This document shows, piece after piece, positions 27,643-45,900 of a DNA stretch of 64,000 nt; positions within the stretch are counted from its first letter, which is position 1; every line of letters begins with the position of its first letter. The notes under the pieces were generated by a model. The model was not told where the DNA came from. It was given only the letters and a program-made list of their open reading frames with translations, and did not search any database. Location of the stretch: positions 1-64,000 of the forward strand of contig JALDTO010000137.1 of assembly GCA_023515725.1 (NCBI GenBank). The letters are read 5' to 3'. The position numbers and the translations under genes are program-made. This stretch comes from Amoeboaphelidium protococcarum X5. Taxonomy: Eukaryota > Fungi > Aphelidiomycota.

Positions 27643-30243
27643 TCACTCTTGCTGACTTGCCTCTTCATACTCTGATTGCATGACTTTTATTCTAGCAAGA
27701 GCCTTCCGGGCGTAATCCAAATTGCCCAATTACTTGAACCGCAAAGCCATCTACTTATGATCCTCTATAGATTACTTCAACAGCGCGAGATACCTCTCCA
27801 TAGTCAACTGTCCAGTCTATACCTGAATAACTAACAGATTCATCTTGAGATCTATGCGCTACTTCACATCATTAAGATCATCGACAGACTTACCACTTCT
27901 GGTACTCCTCTGCTCAGCAATAGCTTTTATGGTCTCTGTTTACAGCATTTCCAAAACGTTGTTCGACACTATCGCCTCAATATTATCAAACTGTTCTACA
28001 AGTTGTTCTATTAGTTAATCATCACGAGCACTTTATGACGACTATGCCGTTTTAGGAGATACAGAAGTACTAGAAGTGGCGGTATTAGCTGATGCTGGCG
28101 ATACACCAGGAGAAGACTTCTGCATGGTCGGTGTGGTACTATTGAGGGACTTGGATGAACTATCTACTTTCAGTTCTGCAGCCTGACTCCTGTTCAAATC
28201 AGGCGACAAAGTGGCAGAGGTAGACGAAGTAGGAGGCTATATAGAAGAAGGCATATTAGACTGTGGAGCATAATCTCCAAAAAACAACCACTTATCATCC
28301 AGAGTAACGATATCAGGTTTGAGCACGGGCTATCGTAATCTAACCTGAACTTCCAGCGTCGCCCCAGTCTCTCTTTTAGAATTCCCTTCAATTAGAGGCA
28401 GGATGGAGTATACCATGCTCTCAGAGAGTAATTGATCCAGCTTTAACTGGGCCCGTCCAATTAATGTCGACTTGCGCAAGAATCCTCGATAATGATATAG
28501 ATCAAAGGTCATCTTCCTTCGTTCAACATAACGCTGGAATGCTTTATTTCTCTCTATACGAACCACCTTAATGAAATCAATTTGAGGGTTCTATGTCTTT
28601 CGCACAACTGGAGTATCACCTTTGACTGCATTATCACCACCCGTAACATCACCTATATCCCATGATACAAATGAGTCAATCTAAGCAGGTGATACTTCCT
28701 TGCTATCAAGACCGGTAGCTCTGACAATCTTCAACTCCAAATCTTAAAGAGACAATTCGGTGAATAGACGATTATATTGCAACCGAATCTAACGATAATA
28801 AAACTATGGAAGATATCTTGAATCTTGCTTTGTCAGCTCACTCTCCACTTGAATAAGATCAGCATTAAAATCCTTTTTATATTTATGAAATTCCAATGCT
28901 CTCCCTTTGTCACCAGTCTTTAAATAATACTAAGACGCCTAAGTACACAACTCTATCTAATCTTTCAACTTTTGCCTAATCTATTATAAAAGATCTTTAT
29001 TATCAGCAGATGGAACTACAAACTAATTACTATTACTATTCCTATTGACAGAATCAGTATTGGACTGCTTCTAAGGCACTTTGGGTGGCGGCTATGGAAG
29101 TTTCTTTTAGTCCAAGGTATTAGGTGGACTCTGCGCAGACGGAACTTTACTCATATCAATCTTTTATCCAACACGAGCTTGCTGAATAAACTACTCAACT
29201 AGCTTACTCTTCTACAGCATATCCCTCGCTCCCTGTATATCATCCAACTTTTTACACCTGATAGCTTAAGATTTAAAGAATCTCTGCCGCTCCTGGAGGT
29301 CTTAAATTACCGATTCATCTACAGATGGTTTAACACTAGAATGTCCATCTTAAACAGAAATCGACGTAGGTGCCTCAGTCTAAATTTACCCCACAGGCAA
29401 TGATAGCTCTTGCAGCCGTTACTCTAACTACTTGTAATTCTGAAATACTAATCGGGCCGCAACTTTATCACCAGATTTATTAAGCTAAGCAGCTTTCACC
29501 TTCTCCAATCTCACATACTTTGTCATGACTTGAACATCTTTACACTGCAGCTTCATTTCCAACGGTATCGAGTCACCATCTTCTACAGATGGTTCCTATG
29601 TTTGATTAGGTACCTCCTACTATTAAACACTTTACATCACATGAATTTGTTACTCAATATGATCTGAATCTTCCTGGTGTCCTTATTAAGAGTGTTAAGC
29701 ATCAGATTCATCTCCATGATCAGCAGAATCAGCAGGGTGACCAGTTATAGCGTGAAGTTCAGCAAGAAGTTGATGATCATTCAAATCTTCATCAGTTATT
29801 TGAACATGAACTTCATCATTGTCTGACATTGCGCCATCACTACTAATACTACTATTGATTACAGCCTGTAACTACTCCGGAGATAGTTCATTCCGCTATT
29901 ACTACTACTACTCAAGCAACCGCGGTTGAGGCTTGATCTGCCGCCTCTCAACTACTTTGCTCTAAATTGAATTGTTCTCTTATAGTATAAAAGCAGCAGC
30001 AGCAGCAGTATCATCCCCGCCAGATAATAATTACAATTCAGCAAGTAGAGCTGGGTCATTCATGTCCTCATCAGTAAAGTCCACCAGTACATTGTCTCCA
30101 TCATTAGCATCATCCTTTCCCGTTGAACCAATACTCATTCCATTAAGAGACTACATCAAATTATTAACATCAAAGTCATCAGCATAATCTTCCCCAAGTT
30201 TGTTACTCTTATTCCTGCTTTAATCCTAGCGTTATCTGAACAT
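27643..30243 (-). CDS. CC2D1: CC2D1/Lethal giant discs-like protein (DM14-like repeats plus C2 domain), 866 aa
   Basis: Acidic N-terminus, helical repeats (AVKCKDVQV..KYVRLEK; AIRCKKLDDIQGARDML), and C2 domain FQRYVERRKMTFDLYHYRGFLRKSTLIG..RETGATLEVQVRLR[Q]P. Confidence 0.8.
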
Positions 30244-30470
30244 TTCAAGAACTAGTTGTTATTAAATGCAAGTGTGGTCCTTTGTCTACAATATGAAGAA
30301 ATAGAAACGGAATGATGGGCGACTTCAAAAGGGACGCGCGTCAGAGCACTGCGAGAGATTGAAGACAATGAAACATGTTTAGTTGAAGTAAGATACACTT
30401 TGGCATTGTCATAAATATGCGTGTAATAGTAGAGATGTAAATAGTAAGTATTAAACATATCAATATAATA

Positions 30471-33400
30471 TCATTTCTTAACGCGGCGCCTGTCACGACG
30501 TAATCTCTCTTCTTCGATTAGACGCAATTGATAGGCTAGCAGTTGACCGTTCTTGCTAGCAGATAATTACTTGAGCTTTTATGGCGACGTACTCTTGATT
30601 GACTCTGAATTATTAATGGTCATATTTGGCGCATCCATTCTATTATCCACAACACCATTTAATTCGGCCGACACTGCAATATCTTGGTCGAATTCATCTT
30701 GTTCAATATGTTCATTATCATCAAAATTCTGAGCGGTAGATGTGGCCAATATTACTCGAGCCTCTTGAATACGCTCAGACATGCGCTCCATAGTTGGCTC
30801 AAACTTCATAACTACTTTGTGATCAAATTCTATGCCATACGTCAACTTGATAAAGTATGTGATTCTTTTGGCGTATACCTCGTTACCTTTCAGATCTTGT
30901 ACAAAATCAGCCCGTGATAATTGACGTCCTCCGCCACTACTAGTGACATTACTCCTTCCAGATAATATGCTGGCTATAGGTTCATCTGGCAAAACTTTGA
31001 CGTAAATCTGGCAAAGAGTTGCAAGAATGTCCTCGAACGAGTTAGGATGACTTGGTGGTAGAACGGGAGATGCCAACATACTAGGACTAAGAAGGAGACT
31101 CTCCTGACTACTGCTAATGTTACTTTCTCCATCACCTTATACCGATATCTGATGTCCAGAACCACGTCTTGACCAAGATTCCTACAATCCACTAATACTA
31201 TTTAACTACAAGACGTCCAGATCTAAAGCCGGCTTTGGTGTAACTGCAATCTCAAAAAGTCCACTGATAGCTGCCACGTTATACTTGTCACTGAGATGAA
31301 GTCTTGCTTCATAAACACCAACCTCCCAAGGTAGATTGTCCTTCTCAAATATTAACACGCCGTGTTAACCATCTTAAGATCCACCGCTATCATCACCGGT
31401 GTCCTTTTGCTATTCAAAAACACCATCAGACAAGTACTTATATGCACCATGGCTACTAGCAGAGGTGATAGACTTTGAGGTATTAGCAGTGACTTTATAT
31501 AATCCGATCCAGTCTTTAGGAGAGTTATTAGGTGGAGCTGTCCACTAAATCTTGATGGAATCTCCAAGTTCAAATTTCTATAATTCTCTCTGATTACCAC
31601 CATCTACCATAGCAGGTTATAACAGACACACCGAATACTTCTAATCAAGATCCGCGTCTTTGCTGGATGAACCATCATCTTCATACTTTATCAATTTAAC
31701 ATCCTAAAGCTTGTTACCAGCCTCGACTATCAACTGCTTAGTATCCTTAATAATCTCTTCGATCCTGGGCTTTGCGACATCCACTAGAATTTTCTCAACG
31801 TCATTCAGATTAGATCCCACAGCTTTTTCGAGCTTTGACACGAGAGCCTCACCAGCCTTGTTCAAGTCCAATACAATCTTGGCCACATCATGGAGTACCG
31901 CATTATCTGGCTAACTGGTCAAAGTCTTCTTTAGCTAATTCTTTATTGTCTTACTAACACCAGAGTCAATTCGCAACTTATCACCATACAGACGCCGCAT
32001 GTGAGGGGTCTCAACATACTCCAAGAACCACCAGTTCACCAGATGACTGAATAGAGTAAGTGCAAAGATACTGCCACTGCCACTGATTAGAGTCAGTCCG
32101 TAGAAGGAAGCCATACCAAGAATCTTCTCTGGATTATTCAAGTACCGATAGATGCCAGTGTAATGCAACTAGGCTGGAAATTCTTCAATAAAAAAGTCCG
32201 CATAGAACCAGCCAAACTCACCGAGGACATTAAAGACGGACTTTGACATCCACGCGTGAAGAGCCACTAGACTTACACCCAATAACAGGCGCACAATATA
32301 CTAACCTTCCATCAGAAGACTGATGTAGAATGAGCTGAAATGCAACTTCATCGCCACAATCGCAAATGATGCATGTGTCATTGTTAAACAGAAATTGTAA
32401 ATACACTTCCAGCTGTTAAAAGCCTCCTAATTAGTACCACCGTACTTGATAAAGTGCTTCGTGTACAACTTGTCCTTACTCTGCAGTCTAAGTAAGAGTC
32501 CTAATATGACAGAGTAGAGAATTCGCCACACCAGTGCCTATGCAAGAAGGAATCCATTTGATCCAAACATTGCCACAACGCACATCTATAATAGAGTACA
32601 CACAACGGCCAAATCTTGAAATCTACACAGATCCAAATTCTGGAATACAACCAGGTCACGTCGAAAGTAAGCAGACGATGATCCTGACCGTTTCCCATAC
32701 AAAATCTCTTTAGATCTAGGATCAGTCTTCCAGGACAGGTCGGAGTTGCCATAGATCTTTTAGATATGCGGCTCTTCCACCAGGTACAAGAATATAAATT
32801 GAGCCGAATGGGCCAGTATGGAGACAGCGAGCACTATATAACTGTTGGAGATCAGCGATATGCCATAGTATCCCGCATAGCCAATGGAGTACATGGGATG
32901 AGGTGCCATCTCAAATACACCATCAAAGTGCAGCGTGGAGTCCAGCTGGAAGAAAAAGTCACCCCAGAACCAGGCATAATCTTGAACCACTCGGTGCGCG
33001 TCCAGCTTAACCCAGATATTGAATAGAATTAGCAATACTCCACCAATAAGTCTCAACAAGTCAGCAATACCAAAATATTATATAGAAGAATCACCGCCTG
33101 TCCAGCTAATAGTAAAAGACATGGCAAATACAATGTACGCCACAAAATCATTGACCAGAATGAGATCTACAAGATTTCTAAAGAGCAGCCAGGCATTATA
33201 CTCTAGCGGTACCTAGTCAAAGTCATAATCTGAGCCCATCTTCTTAGACAACTCCTCCTTCATTAGCGAATATAGCCATTTTCTATCCTTGTTATCGCGA
33301 TCGAATAGCTTATACCTAGAACATATATCAGTGAACCAGCTCTCATCGCTCTACTTCTTCAACACGTATCCCAGGCCGGCATTGTACATCAGTCTCCAGA

Positions 33401-33617
33401 ATGCGAATACCAGCAGGAAGAACCACTTCTTATCATAGAACAATGCAAACATGATTATATTACAACCTGCAAGTCCCATAGTGGCAAGTTCTAGCACAGT
33501 GTGTGTCTTTCTGCTTGGTGGCCAATTGGAGAACAGGTTAGCCAACATATCCTAAGTCTTTGGCACACTGAACAACTTGCCATCTCTAGTCTTTCCCGTC
33601 TATTACACAGAATTCAT
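30471..33617 (-). CDS. CHO2: Phosphatidylethanolamine N-methyltransferase Cho2/Pem1
   Basis: [47 protein letters not shown] and [28 protein letters not shown]. Confidence 0.94.
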
Positions 33618-33976
33618 ATTATAAAGATTAGCAATGACTAACAGCAAAAATATATTATACAGTCAATGATTGTAATATAAACTTTGATTGCGAGCCCAAG
33701 CCACTATTGTATTACTGAGATTAGAGTGAGAGATTGTCTCTTCTGGTTGATCGAACTGAGCCGCGCGATCTTACGACAATTCCTCACAGATTTCTCCCTC
33801 TCGGTTTTAGTAGTTTCTCATACGAACTGTTGTTGTTTGGAGTATACAAAGAGTTGATAGTAGTGATCAGCTCCGTCAAGTAAATAGAAAATAGAAATAA
33901 TGAAAAAAGTATCAAACTACTACTACGACTACTATAAATCTTCGTTATTTAACCCTCAAATCACGCTTTTAAAATA

Positions 33977-36900
33977 TCACTGTAAGACTTCAAATTTATT
34001 GGATGCAGATTGAGTTGAAGTCTACTCCTCGGTGATGGCTGAAATCTAATCAACTGACCCAATTGCAGGGATGGTATTGCGTTTCTTTTATTCTGAACCA
34101 GGTGCTTGGTCTTTATCTGCCGCGTTCATCGCCTGACTCACAATGTTCTACATTGGAATTCCACGTTTACCGCTGTGAGGCGATCCACCATGAGAGCGAT
34201 GTCCACTGCTGATAGAGTCAGTTTCAATGGAGCCACTGGAATTGATACTGTGTCTAGCGGTACCTCTCAGAGCCTTGAAAACGTGTAATTGAGTTCTCAC
34301 AGATCCGATAGCGTGTTGCCACTGCAAACGCTCTCTGGTCATCACCAGGCGAGACTCATCTCTTAGTCCGATAGGTACACCACAAACTACACAGCCATTA
34401 CCTGTAGGCAGCAGACGGACAACCACACCAAGAGGCAGAACTAGCAATCCCACTAAAACTGAAGCAGCCCACATACCTCCTGTAATAGGAACTGTCTTGA
34501 AGACACTTCCACCAAAGAACATGATGATAACTTGCACTCCGACAATAATTACCGACATTGGAAGAATAAATCGATTCTTGGTAATACCTTTGAACACATT
34601 CAAACTTCCATCAATAGTTCTGCAGTTAACCTGATTGAACAATTGCAGAAAGATGAACAGATTAAAGACAAAGGAATTCAACAACTTTGCCTAGTCTGGC
34701 TAACTGACATCAAGTCTGAAAATGGTTGGCCCAACGTACAGAGAGAACAAGTTGGCAAAGATCTAGAAGGCAGCCTGCCCCAAAATCATTTTCCACATCT
34801 CAACACTGATAAGCGGATCCTTCTTACTGTCAGGCATTCTGTTCAAAATGCTCAAATCCGGAGAATCAGTGGCCAGAGATAGCGCAGCCAGCGAGTCCAT
34901 GATCAAGTTCACCCACAACAACTGCACAGCTGTCAACACACTCTTGTTGTCCGAACTAGCGACGGCACTAACAAAAGCAATAGTCACGGCAGAGATATTG
35001 ACAGTCAGCTGGAACTACAGAAACTTCTTCACTGAATCGTTAACACTTCTTCCCCACATCATAGCCTTGACAATACTCGTGAAATTATCATCCATAAGAA
35101 TGATGGCACTAGCCTCTTTACTAACTTCGGTACCTGTGATACCCATACTGAAGCCAACGTCTGCCATTTTCAGAGCAGGAGCGTCATTAGTACCATCACC
35201 AGTCACTGCGACAGTCTCGCCCATCTCCTTCAACTTACCAACCAGAATCTACTTATCACCAGGACTAGATCTAGCAAGGACCTACAGGCGCGGAATAATG
35301 GCCTCCATATCTTCATTGGACAATCTTCTGAACTTAGGACCCTCCATAACTATTCCACCCTTGGTGTAAATACCACATTTGGTAGCAATTGCCTTGGCGG
35401 TATTGACGTTATCACCAGTGACCATACGTACAAATACACCAGCAGTCTGACATCTCTTCACAGCCTCAGGTACACCATCACGCAAAGGATCTTCAATACC
35501 GACCAGCAAGACAACGGCCAGGTTGCGCTGACACATTTTCTCCAACTTCTCTGCAGCCTCGGCAGGGACCTCTTTACCAATGTTGTCGGCGCCCACAATC
35601 TCAACGTACTCGCTCATAGGAATATCCTTGAAGGATACAACAATAGTACGCAAACTCTCATCAGCGAAATTGGATATTTTGCCTTAAATCTGATTTCTAA
35701 GCGCATCCGTCAGTGGAATGACTTTATAGCTGTTGGAGCTTTAATCTTCAAAAGCCATCACCTAGTCAGAATACTTTAGCACAATCTCAGACGCACCTTT
35801 GACGTAGAATCTGACCGTGTCATCATTGACTTTGATTAAAGTACTCATACTCTTACGCTCACTACTAAAAGGATACACCTAAAGAACAGAGCTCTCAGCC
35901 GCCTTCTTGTAAGTAGTATAGTCGTGTAAACCAATCTTGGCACAGAATTCCAGCAGAGCAGACTCAGTCTTATTACCCACAAAAGACTTGGCACCTTTCT
36001 AGTCAACTTCCTCAAAAGCGGTAGAGTTCATAACAACAGAATCTATCAAGAGATTAACATACTGAGGACCGCTGAATGACTAGGATTACACCTATCTATA
36101 CTTTGTATCCAGCACGTCTTCCTCCTTCTCATTCAACTTCTTCTTCAGCTTGGCAATACCACTATCATTCTTAAATTCAGTCTTGCACCCAATAAATCCA
36201 GCCACCACAGTCATTCTATTCTGTGTCAATGTACCAGTCTTGTCACTACACACAGTAGTAGCATTACCCATAGTCTCACAAGCACTAAGCACACGCACCA
36301 TGTTATTGTCCTTCATCATTCTGCTGGTACCATACGCCAATGCAATAGTAACAGCCAGCGGCAAACCTTCCGGAACAGCGACAACAATGATCACAATAGC
36401 CTAGATAACAATGTTGATGATGGATTCAAAGACAATAGCTCCCTCAGGAAATCCGTCCAAGCTCTCCTGAACGCAATATTTAACTAGTAGAATGATGAGA
36501 AGCAGAATACTGATACTTGCACCCAATTTGGCAATAGATTCTGCCAGACTGTCTAATTTCACTTGCAGAGGAGTGTCTTCAGTTGGCACACGAAGACCCA
36601 TCATAAGCTTACCATTGAAAGAGTGCTCACCGACACAGGTAACCAAGAACTGGCCAACACCCTCAGTAATCTTACCACCACTCAATACGAATGGATCGAT
36701 ATCAACTGCCCCTTCAGTGTACGGTGTCTTTCTGATCATGTCCGACTCTCCGGTGGCAGAACTTTCATCAGCCTTCAGATTGTGACCAGAGATCAGGATA
36801 CCATCCACATTCACCACATCACCCGGCTCAAGCAGTAAAACATCACCAACAACGATATCATAGATGGACAATAACTGCACATTGCCACTTCTCAAACACT

Positions 36901-37453
36901 TCACCTGACGGTCTTCCTTCTTGGCGTTCAACTTTCTAAACTAAGACTCTTTCTGGTAGTCATTGACGGACTGCACAAGCACCACAATAATAACTGCGAT
37001 AATGATAGCCACACCCTCAACCCAATGCGGATCCTTGTCCTTTGTCGTGGCACTGAGATCAATGTAAACTCCGACGACAAGTGAAACGAACGCAGCCACA
37101 CAGAGCAGAATCAACGTCTTGTCATGCAGAGCAATCCACACCAGCTCAAAAATGTTCAACTATCTCTACTCTGGCAGCCTATTAGCTCCATAAAATTCCT
37201 TTCTAGAACTGTAATCTCCATCCTTATATAGTCCAGTTAAGGGATTGCTCTTCAATGCTTTAATCAATCCGCTGACACCACCCAGAGAATGGAGATGATC
37301 AAGATTCTTGGGATCGAACATCTTCTACAACTCCTCAATAGGAACACTGAACTCTCCATCACCACCGCCACCACCACTTTACAGAGGCTTCAATTCATCC
37401 ACAGGAGCAGACTCACGCTGAACTACAGGCTTCTCATCTTTAACGTCCCCCAT
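33977..37453 (-). CDS. PMC1: P2B (PMCA-type) Ca2+-ATPase
   Basis: [54 protein letters not shown][TAG=Q]FQLTVN and [20 protein letters not shown]. Confidence 0.95.
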
Positions 37454-38186
37454 CTTTGACAGAGAGAGCGTATCAACTAATAAACGATCGGAACTAATTT
37501 TGCCACAGGTTATTCCAAAGTGGAAAGAGAGAGAGTGAGAGTGTGTTTGTGTTTGGGAGGAAAGAAAGGAGATGTGTGCGATCAGACAAAGGAAGAAGAA
37601 TAATCCGCTCTAGTAGCCGAATACATAACGGAACGTACAAACAAACAATGAACTATAAGAATAACCGGTAACGTGGTAACTCAGAATCAAACATTGTCAT
37701 CATAATCATCATTACTAATGCGTACTAAGACCATTAATCATAGCGACATATTATGGATACGATCCCTGAAGTATATCTGAAACGAAAGTTTGTATGCATG
37801 GTATAAGAGTTTAGCTATAATACTCTTATTTTATCCTGTGAATTACGTAAAGAATGAAAAAATATTAAAAGCAACATACCCGCAACTCTAGATTCCCACA
37901 TGCCGCAAGTTTGATCGATAACTTGAAGGTGTATCGTATATATGTGTAGGCGCTTTCCAGAGAGTTGATAGATAGACAGAAGTCTGATGCTCAAATGTGG
38001 CGCTCTGGATCGTGTTTCCGCAATGCACGATCACGAGAAACAGAGTTCATGTCGCCCCTTTTCATTTCAGCTTCTTTACTGGCGCCTTAGTAACGATCGC
38101 TTCACTTTGCTTTGTATTTCCATCTTCATACAATCAATCATATTAGTCATTTTTAGTATTTTATACTCGGTCAAGTCTAATTCAAT

Positions 38187-39017
38187 ATGCCAACAGGTTA
38201 GAGTTCGTGGACGCTGACTCCTCAGAAGAAGGAAAGTAATAAGACCAAGTTTATTGATTTGTGTAAAGCTCCTATCGATGACCAGCTGGAGGTCTTTTTG
38301 AAGTCCTTCATCTTTGCTCTGGGAAACAATTGGAAGGAGGTTGTTACTCTGTCTAATCAGTTTAAGAAGGCATGCAAGGAGGGCGGCGAAGGTAAGGATG
38401 ATCTGAATGTTGTGCAAGCTTCCGACTTTTTGTAAAAGTATGGTGTCACTCGTACTGCGTCACAAAGATCTGCCGAGGTGAAGGACATTGATTTGAACAC
38501 TGACAATCGCATTTCTTTTATTGAATACTTATTGTTGCAGTTCAAATCCATGGTTCTGAATGAGTTCTATAAGCGCATCAAGGAGGATCCCATTGAAGAT
38601 TTGAGTGACTCTGCAATTGGTGTGACGGGTGTGGGTGAGAAGTTGATTGATTAGCTGTTCGCCGTGGCCAAGGGCGTGGATCCGGAGGTAATGAAGGCTA
38701 TTGAAGAGTTCACCGCCATGAAGAAGTAGCGCGATGGAAAGATTCAAGATCTGAGTGACAAGGCTGCGCTGGGCGGTGTCAAGGGAAAAGCCGCGGCTAA
38801 TGAATTGGAACAGATGAAGACTGAAGATCTGACTGATATGAACAGGATCGAAATCACTCTGAACGCGGCCAAGAGAAGAGCGGCGAAAGACTCGGGCGAG
38901 ATTGCACTGAAGAAGAAACAGAAGGAGGAAGCCGATGAGAAGGCGCGCAAGTAGAAAGAGTCCCGTGATAGATTGGCTCAGCGCGCGGCTCTGTTCAACA
39001 ATGCTCAGTCTCAGTGA
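38187..39017 (+). CDS. EF-hand/coiled-coil protein resembling the Ca2+-regulated 34-kDa actin-bundling protein (ABP34 family), 276 aa
   Basis: EF-hand EVKDIDLNTDNRISFIEYLL, then a charged helical C-terminus with GGVKGKAAANELEQMKTED..IEITLNAAKRRA. Confidence 0.7.
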
Positions 39018-39342
39018 CCTGTCGATCCCAACAATTGTACAGATAGCAAGAAATCTTTTTCTTATTGACTGTACCTTTAAATACATGCTGGTGCAAAGTA
39101 TACTGTACACATTCTGATTTCTGTTTTACTTCTTTGTACTTGCCTCTTGTTGATCGCATTTTAGAATATTTTCCAATGAGCTGTCAAATCGATTCTAGCA
39201 TTAGATTGAAAGTGAATTCAAGTCATGACAAAGATTTGTAATTGTGAGGCGCAAGATGGTGAATAGGCGAGTATTACTTTCGCTGACGGGTGCAGAAAGT
39301 CAAATTTCAAACCATTTATTGTTTCATTCAATGCTTATCCAG

Positions 39343-40248
39343 TCATTATTAATTCATGTCCATCTGTTTCTGGAAATGATCTCCTAGTCTTCGACCCAAC
39401 TCGTCGGAAATTTTGGTCGTAAACTTAAGGCAACCACTAGCTATTGTAGTGTCTCCCAGATAGATGCTTTTTCCGCGAATGGCATTCTCAAACTTGTCTT
39501 TAACTTAACGGGCCACCATTTGCACTTGTTCACTCGACAGCTTATCATATTTTACCAAGTCTTTCATGTGACGATGAGCAGTAAGTTCTCCACTACCAGA
39601 CGTGGCGTCATACACGTATTCATCCGCTTCTCCATTGGGACAATATACCATTAAGATTTATATAGGCTTATCCTATCTGAGCTTAGACATGTCAAGTTCA
39701 GCGAGAGAACTCTTTAGCAAGCGGGATGCCTGATAAACGGCGCCATGGAACTAATTGACCGCTTGTCTATGAGGGCCAGCATATTAACGAACAACGTTAC
39801 GACAAGCAGCATGACTGCAATCAGGGACGTGAACATTATAAAAATCAAACGCGTCTACTACCGCTAGCTAATCACCAATGTTTACTTCATCAAAATCGTA
39901 CGGCTAATTAGGCTTATCAATCAGGTCCATCATTTTCGATACGTGCTTTGCTTAGAAATTGTTTGTTTCATGCATCAACATGATTGGTTCATCTGATTCC
40001 ATATCATCATGAATCTAGGCCTACTCCAGCAGCTTGTTACCTTCACCAAGCTAGCTAAGACGAGATCTTGGAAGCTGAAAGTTTTTGCCATCGCCAGGAT
40101 TATGGAAAGTGTACTTTTTATCGTCCGAGGACTACGCGCCAGAAAGACCATCGACAGGCATATCACGCGCATGCTAGTGATTCATTGGCACAGAGACCAC
40201 CACTGCTACCAAGCAGGAGACCGCGTTGAAAGCTTGCCAAATTTTCAT
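39343..40248 (-). CDS. Secreted protein with a KCTD/T1-type BTB-like domain, 301 aa
   Basis: Signal peptide MKIWQAFNAVSCLVAVVVS, then YTFHNPGDGKNFQLPRSRLSQLGEGNKLL..VSKMMDLID..LAVVDAFDFYNV. Ends TAA-TAA-TGA. The domain call is by eye. Confidence 0.6.
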
Positions 40249-41276
40249 TTCTATTGATTTATAAGTGTTAGATACTTGATAATTACTTGTTCTAAGTTGT
40301 ATTCTTAATAAAAAAGATAAAGAAGAAGAGATATATCTAATAAGAGCCTTCATTAGAATTTGGTCTAATGTCACCCACCATGAAGTATCGACAACGCTCG
40401 AAACGGTGCGCTGATTGGAGAAGATCTGGCGGTCCATGATATTCTAACACGAGTGAATTCCATGAGGTTACACAGTAGTATAATGTATTTTGTTAGAATA
40501 AGCAAAATAGAATAGATAAAAGTCAATTAAATAGTATACGTGCCGTGTGGCTGAGCTCTATTGATCAGAGCTCAAGAAACAAAGTGGCGTAGCAAATTTC
40601 TCCTTATCCGAGACGACGGTTAAGGTTAGCGACAGAACATAAAACCCAACATATTTAAAGCTCGATGTAATGCTGCACGTTGATTAAATGCATTTAAAAA
40701 GAGTAAGTGTTAAAATAATATACCATAACATAAGTCAGTCAGTCAAGATGAGAAAGCTTGTTCACAACAAACTAAAATTAGTAGGCAGAACCAGGTGACT
40801 GTCTTTGATAAACTACTCCTCTAACTTCTAACATCATAAAGCTCCGGATTGATTTCCTGGTTTTCAAGGCAAACGTGCATTTTATCTATCAAAACTTCTG
40901 ACGCCTTGTGCTACGTGCGCTTCTCGAACAATTAGAACTGGCAGGGACACGGGAGACACCGTCCCAATGAAGATTTTTGTCAGTCATTGAAAACACTATT
41001 TCTAGATAAAATTATATTCAATAACTCAAATTAACTATTCAAAAAATCCTAAAACCCCACTTGTACGATAAATCTGTCAATAAAGGCGGAGCCATTGATC
41101 ATCCGCAGGCAATCGACTCAATCTACAGAGATTGAGATATCCTCTACTGTTGTCAATCCATCTAACACTGAAGATCACAGCGCCGATCGCGCGTCGTTCT
41201 ATGCGCCTTAACGTTTAATCTTTCTTTCCTCACCAAAAATCAATTTACTTTGTTTAACTGTTGTTGTGGAGGAATA

Positions 41277-44897
<3,621 letters not shown>

Positions 44898-44970
44898 CGC
44901 GATTAGTGAGAAGTAAAGTATTTTGAACATCTGCTTTGAACAATAAAGTCGATTTAATATTTACTCTACT

Positions 44971-45900
44971 TCATATTTCCTATAGCTTCTTCTTTTTCAT
45001 GGATGCTGCTTTTACAGCTGACTTTAATATTTCATATACTTATTGAATCCTTTCTAATGCACATTCCATTAAGTCGTTATATGTAGAAGGACTATTATCT
45101 GAAGCGTTCTTGCTACGATAGACACAATTGGTGACGCGTTAAAGCGAGGGCATTGATGCAAACATAAGCTGGGAGTTGACAGTAATGTTACTTCCTTAGT
45201 TAAATTAAGCAAGTTGAGATATATCGCTTGACACGACACTACCAAGACTTGAGGTAGTTAATGACAAAGACGCCACAACTAAATCATATAATTTAACTTC
45301 AGCATCAGATAGTGCGCAAGAACCAGCAACGATTGCCAACGAAGTAATCAAATTCAACAGCAAAGTGAAATCTTAGAATAAATTAGAGCCAACATCATCA
45401 GGCATAAATTATAGAACTTGAATATTCAAATCAATTGACGCTTTGGGATAGCGGTGCAGCATAATTGACGGTACAAGAGCTTTCTATACTATACTAGCCA
45501 CGGTCCGCGAGTATTCAGAATTTCCACTAAGACTGCGATCAACGTGTGCAAAAGGAGCAATTTACACGTCAACATTGAATTTACATACCGCCACACCATC
45601 TTGAGAGTATTTTTATTAATCACCTGCGCGACTACTATGCGGAATAACAGACGTATCTTCTATAGCGTAATAGCTTCCCTCGCTAAAATTTGAAGCACTA
45701 CGAGACCATGGTCGATGATGCGGACCGTACACAGACGCGGCCACTTTGATTCCTAAATACTCTACGTATGCAGTTCCGCACGTGTCATCGCTCATATATC
45801 CAGCCTTTATAAATACATCTCCATGTTTTGATAAGCTTTATTTATATTCTGAAGGCATTAACATCGCTCTAAGCGGCACAGAGATTTACGGAGCCTCCAT
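44971..45900 (-). CDS. RNase PH-type exosome core subunit (Mtr3/EXOSC6-like)
   Basis: GTAYVEYLGIKVAASVYGP, NVDV[Q]IAPFA, IMLHRYPKASIDLNIQVL and SCALSDAEVKLYDLV. Absent from the ORF track. Confidence 0.8.
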
